Source: an uncultured Bacteroidales bacterium
Lineage (GTDB): Bacteria > Bacteroidota > Bacteroidia > Bacteroidales > UBA7960
DNA length: 64,000 bases
NCBI GenBank assembly: GCA_964624065.1
Contig: CAZUWF010000007.1
Span: forward strand, 14,134-78,133
Direction: 5' to 3'
Of this stretch, positions 56,927 to 64,000 are shown one piece after another; the stretch's first letter is position 1, and the number at the start of each line of letters is the position of its first letter. The notes beneath the pieces are model-generated. The model made no database searches. It had not been told where the DNA came from and saw only the letters and a list, made by a program, of their open reading frames with translations. The position numbers were made by a program, and so were the translations under genes.

Positions 56927-57241
56927 ATGATTATCACAACCACTGAAACCATTCCCGGAAGGGAAATTGATCAAATCTTGGGAATTGCCCGCGGGAGCAC
57001 AGTACGCGCAAGGGCAATTGGCCGCGACATCACGGCTATGTTCAAAAACATAGTCGGAGGCGAAATTGAAGAATACACGAAACTTCAAGCAGATTCGCGC
57101 GAACAATCAATAGAGCGTATGGTTAATGATGCCAAGAATCTTGGTGCCCATGCCATTGTAAACGTAAGACTTGCCACCTCCATGGTAATGCAGGGAGCGG
57201 CCGAGATACTTGCATACGGAACAGCAGTAACACTCAAGTAA
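56927..57241 (+). CDS. ybjQ: YbjQ-family (UPF0145) protein
   Basis: 104 aa. MIITTTETIPGREIDQILGIARGSTVRARAIGRDI is typical of the YbjQ family. Confidence 0.85.
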   Translation: MIITTTETIPGREIDQILGIARGSTVRARAIGRDITAMFKNIVGGEIEEYTKLQADSREQSIERMVNDAKNLGAHAIVNVRLATSMVMQGAAEILAYGTAVTLK

Positions 57242-57242
57242 T

Positions 57243-57377
57243 ATGGAAACGCTGCCAACAATAATCCTAGGCTTTTACGGTCTGGTATTTTTTGTGTTCA
57301 TCGTACTCCTTGTTTATTTCATAGTACGCAGGGTTAAGAAAAAAAAGCTTGAAAAGTTTGAAAACAGGGAGAACTAA
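57243..57377 (+). CDS. Unlisted 44-aa single-pass membrane protein ORF coupled to ybjQ
   Basis: The ATG at 57243 begins 2 nt after the ybjQ TAA. The product is METLPTIILGFYGLVFFVFIVLLVYFIVRRVKKKKLEKFENREN, one TM helix plus a basic tail. A weak hairpin with a T-run follows. It is below the ORF-track length cutoff. Confidence 0.4.
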   Translation: METLPTIILGFYGLVFFVFIVLLVYFIVRRVKKKKLEKFENREN

Positions 57378-57404
57378 GGTTCAATTTTATGATACAACTA
57401 ATGC

Positions 57405-57432
57405 ACCAGTTTTATACACGCACTGGTTTTTT
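57405..57432 (+). terminator. Weak rho-independent terminator after the ybjQ / small-ORF pair
   Basis: ACCAGT-11 nt-ACTGGT followed by TTTTT. Confidence 0.35.
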
Positions 57433-57495
57433 GCCACAATTAATAGGGCATCCTTGAATTTAAAAACCTTGCTTTTAAAATATTTTCGAAAATAA

Positions 57496-59931
57496 ATGAG
57501 AAAACTACCCCTAATATTAGCCTTAGGCTTACTGATTTTTAGGAGTGCGTTCATTTCGATGGCACAAATTAATTACCAGCAACCACCTCAGGAAATAATT
57601 GATTTAGTGGATGCCCCCTCAACACCTGGGGTTTCAATTAGTCCAGACCAAAATACCCTCTTGCTTTCGCACCGGCCCGATAGGCCAACCATAGACCAGT
57701 TAGATGCTCCGGAGCTCAGGCTTGCAGGTATACGGTTCAACCCGGTAACGCTCGGAAGCACCAACCCTAGCTTCACCACAGGACTAACCTTTGCCAACCT
57801 TGATGGGACCAACATCCGCGATGTTAAGGGTTTACCATCCAAGCCAAGAATTAGCAACGTATCTTGGTCGATGGATTCCAAAATTGTCGCGTTTACCCAC
57901 ACCGCCGAGGATGGCATAGAGTTGTGGGTTACCGATGTGGCATCAGCCACCGCAAGACCATTAACCGGCCGAATTGTTAATGATGTATTGGGTCAAACCT
58001 TTGCTTGGCTTCCCGACAACAGGAATATAGTCTTTTCGGCAGTGGTCGATGGTCGTGGGCAGGCACCCCAGCGCCCTTTGGTGGCCAAAGGTCCAATGGT
58101 GCAAGAAAGCGGAGGTCGCAGGGCGGCTGTAAGAACATTCCAAGATTTGCTGCGCGATGTGCACGACGAAGAGATTTTTGAGTATTACGCCACCTCGCAA
58201 CTTGATGTTGTTGACATTGAGGGCAATAAAAGAACCTTGGGCAGGCCGGGAATTTACAACCGGTTCAGCCCATCGCCCGATGGTAGGTACCTCTTGACAA
58301 CCCAAACTGTCAGGCCTTTCTCATACATAGTTCCTTTAAACCGCTTTCCCCAATTAATTGAGGTAATAGACCTTGAGGGTAATCTTGTAAAAACCCTTGC
58401 CGAAGTACCCCTTACCGATAACTTACCCCAAGGGTTTGATGCAACCCAAACCGGTCCACGGTCTCCTGCTTGGCGAGCTGATGCTCCCGCAACACTGGTT
58501 TGGGCCGAAGCCCTTGACGGGGGCGATCCGGCAAAAGAGGTGGAGTTTCGCGATAGGGTATTCGTCCTCGAAGCTCCTTTCACGGCCGCGCCAACCCCTT
58601 GGTTTGACCTAGAGTTAAGATTTATGGGGATTACTTGGGGCAACGAAAATTACGCCCTAATTGGTCAAACCTGGCGCAGAAACCGCAGGGCAATTCAAAG
58701 CTCTTTCAATCCCTCAGAAAAAAACCCGAAGCTAACCATAATTTTTGACCGCTCCACTGAAGACAGTTACAGCGACCCGGGAAGGTTTCAAACAACTCAA
58801 AATCAATTTGGACGACAGGTTTTGATGTTTGGAAACCGAAACCGTTCCCTATACTTGTTTGGGATGGGGGCTTCGCCAGAGGGCAACAAACCCTTCGTTG
58901 ACGAGTTTGAAATACGAACCGGGAAAACAAGAAGGTTGTGGCAAAGCCAACCTCCCTACTTGGAAAACCCACTATTGTTGATCGATCCAGCTAAGGGCCA
59001 TTTAATCACGATCAGGCAATCCGTTGAAGAGCAGCCCAATTATTTCTTTCGCAACTTGAAAAGAAACAGCCAAACCCAAATAACCAAATTTCCAGATCCC
59101 ACCCCTGCCCTGCGAGAACTCCACAAAGAAGTTATACATTACAAACGTGCAGACGGAATACCTCTAAACGGAACCCTTTATTTGCCGGCAGGTTACAAAA
59201 TAGGTGTTGATTCTCCCCTAGCCACATTGCTTTGGGCTTACCCGCAAGAGTTCAAAAGTGCCGATGCAGCGGGGCAGGTGTCGGGTTCGCCGCATTCCTT
59301 CACCCGAATTGGGCCTTCATCACCTGTAATGCTTGCCACCCAAGGTTATGCAGTTTTGGACAATGCCAGTTTTCCTATTGTGGGCGAGGGCGAAAATGAA
59401 CCCAACGACACTTTCGTAGAACAATTAATCGCAAATGCCGAGGCTGCAATAAACAAGCTGGTAGAAATGGGAGTTTCCGACCGCGAGAGGGTTGCTGTTT
59501 CGGGGCACTCTTACGGGGCATTCATGGCAGCCAACCTTCTCAGCCATAGTAACCTTTTTGCTGCCGGAGTGGCTAGAAGCGGCGCTTACAACCGTACCCT
59601 CACACCATTTGGTTTTCAAGGCGAGGAAAGAACTTTCTGGCAAGCGCCAGAAACTTACAACATTATGTCGCCATTTATGTACGCCAATAAGGTAAATGCT
59701 CCAATGCTGATTATTCACGGGGCTGACGACAACAATTCAGGTACATTCCCCATTCAAAGTGAAAGATATTACGATGCACTAAGGGGACACGGGGCAATAG
59801 CTAGGCTAGTCATGCTCCCGCACGAGGGCCATGGATATACGGCAAGAGAGTCTGTATTGCACATGCATTGGGAGTGGATTCAGTGGCTGGACAGGTACGT
59901 GAAGGGAAAACCAAAGGCGAAGGAACAATGA
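57496..59931 (+). CDS. S9-family (prolyl oligopeptidase-type) serine peptidase with an N-terminal beta-propeller, secreted
   Basis: Has a signal peptide, the nucleophile motif SGHSYGAFMA, IIHGADDNN (Asp) and LPHEGHGY (His). Confidence 0.88.
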   Translation: MRKLPLILALGLLIFRSAFISMAQINYQQPPQEIIDLVDAPSTPGVSISPDQNTLLLSHRPDRPTIDQLDAPELRLAGIRFNPVTLGSTNPSFTTGLTFANLDGTNIRDVKGLPSKPRISNVSWSMDSKIVAFTHTAEDGIELWVTDVASATARPLTGRIVNDVLGQTFAWLPDNRNIVFSAVVDGRGQAPQRPLVAKGPMVQESGGRRAAVRTFQDLLRDVHDEEIFEYYATSQLDVVDIEGNKRTLGRPGIYNRFSPSPDGRYLLTTQTVRPFSYIVPLNRFPQLIEVIDLEGNLVKTLAEVPLTDNLPQGFDATQTGPRSPAWRADAPATLVWAEALDGGDPAKEVEFRDRVFVLEAPFTAAPTPWFDLELRFMGITWGNENYALIGQTWRRNRRAIQSSFNPSEKNPKLTIIFDRSTEDSYSDPGRFQTTQNQFGRQVLMFGNRNRSLYLFGMGASPEGNKPFVDEFEIRTGKTRRLWQSQPPYLENPLLLIDPAKGHLITIRQSVEEQPNYFFRNLKRNSQTQITKFPDPTPALRELHKEVIHYKRADGIPLNGTLYLPAGYKIGVDSPLATLLWAYPQEFKSADAAGQVSGSPHSFTRIGPSSPVMLATQGYAVLDNASFPIVGEGENEPNDTFVEQLIANAEAAINKLVEMGVSDRERVAVSGHSYGAFMAANLLSHSNLFAAGVARSGAYNRTLTPFGFQGEERTFWQAPETYNIMSPFMYANKVNAPMLIIHGADDNNSGTFPIQSERYYDALRGHGAIARLVMLPHEGHGYTARESVLHMHWEWIQWLDRYVKGKPKAKEQ

Positions 59932-60638
59932 AATTTGAAGCTCCATTGGTTGGTGGAAAGCTTATACGCCGGTACAAGCGTTTCTTGGCTGATGTGGAGC
60001 TTGCAAGCGGTGATACAATAACCGCGCACTGCACCAACTCCGGAAGTATGAAATCGTGCCTCCAAATTGGTGCAGATGTTTTTTTGAGCCACAACCCCAA
60101 ACCTGGTAGAAAAACAGCCTACACGTGGGAAATGATAAAGGTAAACAATGAATGGATTGGAATAAATACTTCAATTCCAAATAAGTTTGCCCTCAATTAC
60201 ATCACCAAAGGAGCTATCCCCGGATTGCATGGTTATGATGAAGTCAAAAGGGAGGTAACCTTCGGCAATAGTCGCATTGACATCTTGGCAGCCAAAGGTG
60301 ATGAAAAATGCTTCATAGAAGTGAAAAATGTAACGCTGAACGAAGGCGGTGTTGCTATGTTTCCGGATGCTGTAACCACTAGAGGGCAAAAGCACTTGGA
60401 CACTTTGGCTGAAGTGAAAAAATCCGGAATGCGGGCGGTGATGCTTTACATTATCCAAAGGTCGGACGTTGTGGGCTTTGCACCTGCTGCCCACATTGAT
60501 CCCCATTACGCCCAAAAGCTCCAAAACGCAATGAGAAAGGGAGTGGAGGTAATACCATTGAGGGCAAGTGTTTCGCCAAAGGGAGTTTTTCCAGATAGGA
60601 TTCTGCCTTTCTACAAAAGTTGGCAAAGCTTGGTTTAA
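59928..60638 (+). CDS. sfsA: Sugar fermentation stimulation protein A (DNA/RNA nuclease SfsA)
   Basis: MKFEAPLVGGKLIRRYKRFLADVEL..AHCTNSGSM is the canonical SfsA N-terminus. The ATG at 59928 forms an ATGA overlap with the S9 peptidase stop. Confidence 0.9.
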   Translation: MKFEAPLVGGKLIRRYKRFLADVELASGDTITAHCTNSGSMKSCLQIGADVFLSHNPKPGRKTAYTWEMIKVNNEWIGINTSIPNKFALNYITKGAIPGLHGYDEVKREVTFGNSRIDILAAKGDEKCFIEVKNVTLNEGGVAMFPDAVTTRGQKHLDTLAEVKKSGMRAVMLYIIQRSDVVGFAPAAHIDPHYAQKLQNAMRKGVEVIPLRASVSPKGVFPDRILPFYKSWQSLV

Positions 60639-60915
60639 AGTTAACACACCCACCGTAACCATCTAGTAAATAAATATTTGAAGCTTCTTAAACCTTTGAT
60701 GTTATTTAATTATTCCATAGCAAACAAATTGAGGGTAATACCCCACGATGTAAATTATGATTTGCCAGGCTTTGCTGTATTTGCAAGGATTCTTATGCCC
60801 TACCATACCAATTGTAACCAAAGATGGAAAGTTCTATCACATTGTGTGCAAGAACCAACCCACCGGCATTTTTTCCAATTTTTGATTTGATAAAGGGATA
60901 GTATTGAAGGAAGCA

Positions 60916-61530
60916 ATGAAACGGGTTATGCGAAAGACAATCGTTTTGGTGGTTTTCATGATTGCATCGGGTGGTGCTGGTTCGCAACCCAATGTCACGG
61001 GTTTTTTATCAAACCATAACCGCGCAGGTTTTTTGATTGCCCACGCAACTCAGGAGCTTGGCCAGTTGGGCGTTGGCCAACAGGATCATTATCAGGCCGT
61101 TTTGCTGAAGTGGCAATATAATTGGGCCCTAACCAACTGGCAAAAGGGAGGGATCGAAATCATATTCCAGCCCCAGCTAAACTTTTCACGGGTTCAAACT
61201 AGTAATCTTGACGCTGATCTCCAAAAAGGCCTCGAGTTTGGAGTTAACATTGGAGTGCTGGCAAGGAAAAATCTTTTCCAAAACAAATCTGCCATTTATG
61301 CATTGATTTCTGCCGGACCTCACTTCATAACCAAATCAATTGAAACTCAAGCCAATGGATTCCTATTCGCCGACAACCTTGCAGCTGGTTTTTTGCAAAA
61401 CATTTCATCAAGGACCTACCTCGATTTTAGATTCGGATACCGGCATTTGAGCAATGCAGGCCTCAAACAACCAAATTGGGGGATTGATAATTGGGTAATT
61501 TCAATTGGAGTAAATCTGGAATTGAAGTAG
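60916..61530 (+). CDS. Acyloxyacyl hydrolase (PagL-like lipid A deacylase family outer-membrane protein)
   Basis: Has a signal peptide, beta-barrel-like alternating pattern and the near-C-terminal motif YRHLSNAGL (His/Ser of PagL-type enzymes). The start is uncertain (60904 TTG, 60916 ATG or 60928 ATG). Confidence 0.65.
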   Translation: MKRVMRKTIVLVVFMIASGGAGSQPNVTGFLSNHNRAGFLIAHATQELGQLGVGQQDHYQAVLLKWQYNWALTNWQKGGIEIIFQPQLNFSRVQTSNLDADLQKGLEFGVNIGVLARKNLFQNKSAIYALISAGPHFITKSIETQANGFLFADNLAAGFLQNISSRTYLDFRFGYRHLSNAGLKQPNWGIDNWVISIGVNLELK

Positions 61531-61554
61531 CCGGGCTGTCATAAAAGCTCGGCT
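61529..61554 (+). terminator. Hairpin spanning the PagL-like stop and the 3' end of the convergent AraC-family gene
   Basis: AGCCGGGCT-8 nt-AGCTCGGCT (8 of 9 bp), followed by a T-rich stretch. Confidence 0.3.
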
Positions 61555-62705
61555 TTCTCTTTGCAAGCCACAAGTTTCTCTCTAAACACGTGAAAGCTAA
61601 CACCTTTCTCTTCGGCAAAGCAGCGGTAAAGTGATGACAATGACCCAAACCCCGATTCTTCAACCAAATCTTGATTTTTAATATAGGGGTTTCTTTGTAG
61701 TATTTCTTCCACTGCCTTTACCCGAAACGAATTAATTAGGTGCCTGAAATTTTTTCCGTAATATTTATTAATGATGTGCGACGCGTACGTTCTATTTGTG
61801 CCCAACATTCCGCTAACGTCCCAAATTTTAAGGTTAGGATTTGAATATATCTTTTGTTCCTCCAGTAGGATCCAGATCTTTTGAGTCATTTTCTCATCTG
61901 TTAAATCCCTGATGCCAGGTTCTGTTTTAAACATCGCTTCCTTTTTTTCATCCATAGGTATTGCCTTGGTATTGGCCAGAAGTCCAAGCAAGCCGATGCA
62001 AAAAAGCATAATGCTAAACACAATTGAAGGAAAAGCAAGTGATATTTCATTTAGGCTGAACCTTTCTCGTCCAACGATGGCCAAAACAACACTCGCGATA
62101 GAAGTAACTGCAAGAGTTATGTTGAAATAATGTATCCAACCTAGATTATTATCCTTTGGGTTTGAGTAATAATCTTTAAGTCTTTCCTTGCTTTTTGAAA
62201 TTAACTGAAAGCTTTTTGCAAGAAAATAGACTACCTGAATGACAAACACAACCTTATAAAGGTCATAAGCCGCCGAAATGTGCCAAAATTGCCCCCCCCG
62301 CAGCGCAAATCCCTTCACGGGATTTTTCAAAAAATGCAGGTGCTCCTCGGGGGTTAAAAAAGCCACTGAAATTAAATAAAAAATAAAGACCGAAAAAGGA
62401 GCTGCAAGGTACTTCCAGTGTCTCTTTACAGAAAAAGAAAGGTCAACCGTAAGCAACCTAACATAAATGTGGTACAATGGATACACCAGCAATGAAGCCA
62501 GAATGGATATTGCGTCAATGTAAAGATATAACCAGAATTGTTGAGTAAAGTAAACTAGATGTGACAAGTAAACCACCAGAGCCACTAGCATGAATTTTCC
62601 CAAAAAACGCTTTGGGGCATTGTTACTTTTTGGCAAGAAGTTCAAGACAACAGCCCAAAAGAATGTAACATATACCGGATTCAAAAGAAAAAAAACTTTT
62701 TCCAT
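61539..62705 (-). CDS. AraC-family transcriptional regulator with an N-terminal polytopic membrane domain
   Basis: About 240 aa of TM helices, then the AraC-type HTH pair (KIWDVSGMLGTNRTYASHIINKYYGKNFRHLINSFRVKAVEEIL ... SGFGSLSSLYRCFAEEKGVS). Confidence 0.85.
   Translation of the reverse strand: MEKVFFLLNPVYVTFFWAVVLNFLPKSNNAPKRFLGKFMLVALVVYLSHLVYFTQQFWLYLYIDAISILASLLVYPLYHIYVRLLTVDLSFSVKRHWKYLAAPFSVFIFYLISVAFLTPEEHLHFLKNPVKGFALRGGQFWHISAAYDLYKVVFVIQVVYFLAKSFQLISKSKERLKDYYSNPKDNNLGWIHYFNITLAVTSIASVVLAIVGRERFSLNEISLAFPSIVFSIMLFCIGLLGLLANTKAIPMDEKKEAMFKTEPGIRDLTDEKMTQKIWILLEEQKIYSNPNLKIWDVSGMLGTNRTYASHIINKYYGKNFRHLINSFRVKAVEEILQRNPYIKNQDLVEESGFGSLSSLYRCFAEEKGVSFHVFREKLVACKEKAELL
62291..62298 (-). 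repeat. C8/G8 homopolymer tract inside the AraC-family regulator coding sequence
   Basis: Counted directly: 8 consecutive C on the plus strand, encoding ..LRGGQ.. on the minus strand. Confidence 0.95.
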
Positions 62706-62916
62706 TTAATCAAAAGCCTTTAGCTGCTCCATATAATTTTAAAACAAACACTCCTAGCGAAAAAAAAGGAAAATTACTGCCATAAGGGGTTCATAAAAAC
62801 CCTCCTCCTAGCAAAGGTATGGTCTTTTGCTGACAAATTCAAAATTTTGATTTCCAAAGAATGCTTGCAAACAAGAAAACAATTACGCTTAAGGCACTCC
62901 TGCATTCACAACAATC

Positions 62917-62957
62917 TTACGTTTTGAAGATATATTTTTACGATTTGAAGATATATT
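62917..62957 (+). promoter_or_regulatory. Tandem direct repeat, 2 x 20 bp with 21-bp period (candidate AraC-type operator)
   Basis: TTACGTTTTGAAGATATATT (62917-62936) and TTACGATTTGAAGATATATT (62938-62957) are 19/20 identical. They lie between the AraC-family gene and the beta-helix gene, 79 nt upstream of the latter's ATG. Confidence 0.5.
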
Positions 62958-63035
62958 GCTTTGGGTAGGCATTAACTTTGAACGATAAAACAGAATTGTT
63001 TAATTCTTTCCACATCACCCCCCAAAAAAACAATT

Positions 63036-64000
63036 ATGAAAGGAAAAATCTACATTATGGCTCTCTTGCCAATGATTATGGCAACATTTGCCGCCAATGC
63101 CCAAAATTTCGTGGCATTGCATTCGGCCACCGGGGTAACCCACCACGGCGGAACCCTGGGATTTAGAAACGCGTACATCGCCGCAAACTCAGGCGATACC
63201 ATTTACCTGCCGGGAGGGCAATTCATTGCCCCCGATTCCATTGCAAAAACCCTATACGTGATTGGTGTTGGCCACCACCCCGGCTTCACCCAGGCCACCA
63301 ACAAAACTTTCGTTACGGGCGATTTGAGGATTAACCCGGGTGCTACAAACTCCTACTTCGAAGGAATTCATTTTGCACACAGGGTAACTTTCAAAGAAAA
63401 CCGGCCAATCAACAACGTTATGTTCAGAAGATGCAGGATTGACGGCGAGATTGCAATTAGAGGAACCCGAACCACCCCAAGCTTGAACACCCAGTTTTTA
63501 GAGTGCGTAATTGCCACAACCAATACTTGGCTAAGAGGCCATAATGCACTAGGTATGGTTGTATCCAACTGCATAATCAGCTTTTATGGGTTTGAGCAAC
63601 TCCAATCATCATTGATAGCCAATAACGTGTTCATAAGAACAGCCGGGTGGCTTTTGGAAAACTGTTCCAACAACATTGTAAGGAACAACATTATTAGGAA
63701 CGACTTTTTTTGGGCAGGAACGGGCAATTTAATCACAAACAATGTTTTCTTCAGATCCCAGTCAGCCCCTACGGGCAACACTTTTTACGATAACTTTGTA
63801 AATGTAGCCCTGACAAATTTTTTCGAAAGTTATGACAGTAGCATTGAGTTTTCGTACGCTCATGACCTCCGCCTCAAAAATCCACAAAATTTTGTTGGCA
63901 CCGATGGCAAGCAGGTGGGTATTTTCGGAGGGTTGTACCCATTCAAGGCGGGCTCCGTGCCCTTTATACCGCGCATAATTTCCAGGTCAATATCTACCTC
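63036..64000 (+). CDS. Secreted right-handed parallel beta-helix repeat protein (5' part; runs off the 3' edge)
   Basis: I translated this by hand. ATG 63036 opens a frame that stays open to the window end (321 codons). It has a signal peptide (MKGKIYIMALLPMIMATFAANAQ) and repeated N-rich turns (NNVMFRRCRI, NCIISF, NNVFIRT, NNIVRNNIIRN, NNVFFRS) typical of pectate-lyase-fold repeats. It is missing from the ORF track because it has no stop in the window. Confidence 0.65.
   Translation, partial: MKGKIYIMALLPMIMATFAANAQNFVALHSATGVTHHGGTLGFRNAYIAANSGDTIYLPGGQFIAPDSIAKTLYVIGVGHHPGFTQATNKTFVTGDLRINPGATNSYFEGIHFAHRVTFKENRPINNVMFRRCRIDGEIAIRGTRTTPSLNTQFLECVIATTNTWLRGHNALGMVVSNCIISFYGFEQLQSSLIANNVFIRTAGWLLENCSNNIVRNNIIRNDFFWAGTGNLITNNVFFRSQSAPTGNTFYDNFVNVALTNFFESYDSSIEFSYAHDLRLKNPQNFVGTDGKQVGIFGGLYPFKAGSVPFIPRIISRSIST

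Noticed and set aside
60171-60662. 163-aa minus-strand ORF opposite sfsA, and 55293-55742 / 56151-56621 opposite the HEXXH peptidase
   Set aside because: These are antisense shadow ORFs inside CDSs with recognisable family signatures.
1-64000. Search for tRNA/rRNA genes, CRISPR repeats, IS elements, integrases, toxin-antitoxin pairs or known defence-system genes
   Set aside because: I recognised none. Every intergenic gap over 150 bp was read by eye. There are no periodic 25-40 bp repeats, no T-loop GGTTCGAATCC-type motifs in the gaps, and no transposase- or recombinase-like ORFs. A tRNAscan/Infernal run would still be needed for certainty.

Overview
This is a 64-kb chromosomal segment with a Bacteroidota signature. 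Evidence for that: TAnnTTTG -7 promoter boxes about 23-40 nt upstream of start codons, the purH-mreBCD-lpxH and serC-serA-DUF1015 syntenies, an alternative GlmU-family gene, and L31 type B. About 47 protein-coding genes are supportable. I saw no rRNA, tRNA, CRISPR array, transposase, integrase or prophage content. Most genes are housekeeping: lon, rpmE, serA/serC, mreBCD, purH, hutU, mtaB, an IMPase, sfsA and several secreted peptidases. Two regions stand out. (1) 20.5-41 kb is a purine-catabolism supercluster. A minus-strand mocA-like gene and an xdhC-xdhA-xdhB-methyltransferase operon sit back-to-back with a plus-strand cluster of ygfK, a PLP enzyme, a ThrC-like PLP enzyme, a [2Fe-2S]-fused Mo hydroxylase, ssnA and hyuA. 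This resembles the enterobacterial/clostridial ygf/yge locus (selenium-dependent Mo hydroxylase, anaerobic urate degradation). Within the window it lacks ygeW, ygeY, yqeA, ygfM and ygeX and carries two unassigned fold-type-II PLP enzymes instead. It is my best candidate for an undescribed pathway variant. (2) 1-4.6 kb holds a DprE2-like SDR and a HAD-IB phosphatase flanked by two GT-C membrane glycosyltransferases, which suggests a decaprenyl-phospho-arabinose-like lipid-linked pentose donor system outside Actinobacteria. Smaller observations: an internally deleted asnB remnant that is still an open frame; a 21-bp-period direct repeat next to an AraC-family regulator; a C8 tract inside that regulator; long A tracts in two promoter regions; an unlisted 44-aa membrane ORF coupled to ybjQ; an unlisted partial beta-helix gene at the 3' edge; and systematic 5' over-extension of ORF-track starts. 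All family assignments come from motif recognition by eye and none has been checked against a database.
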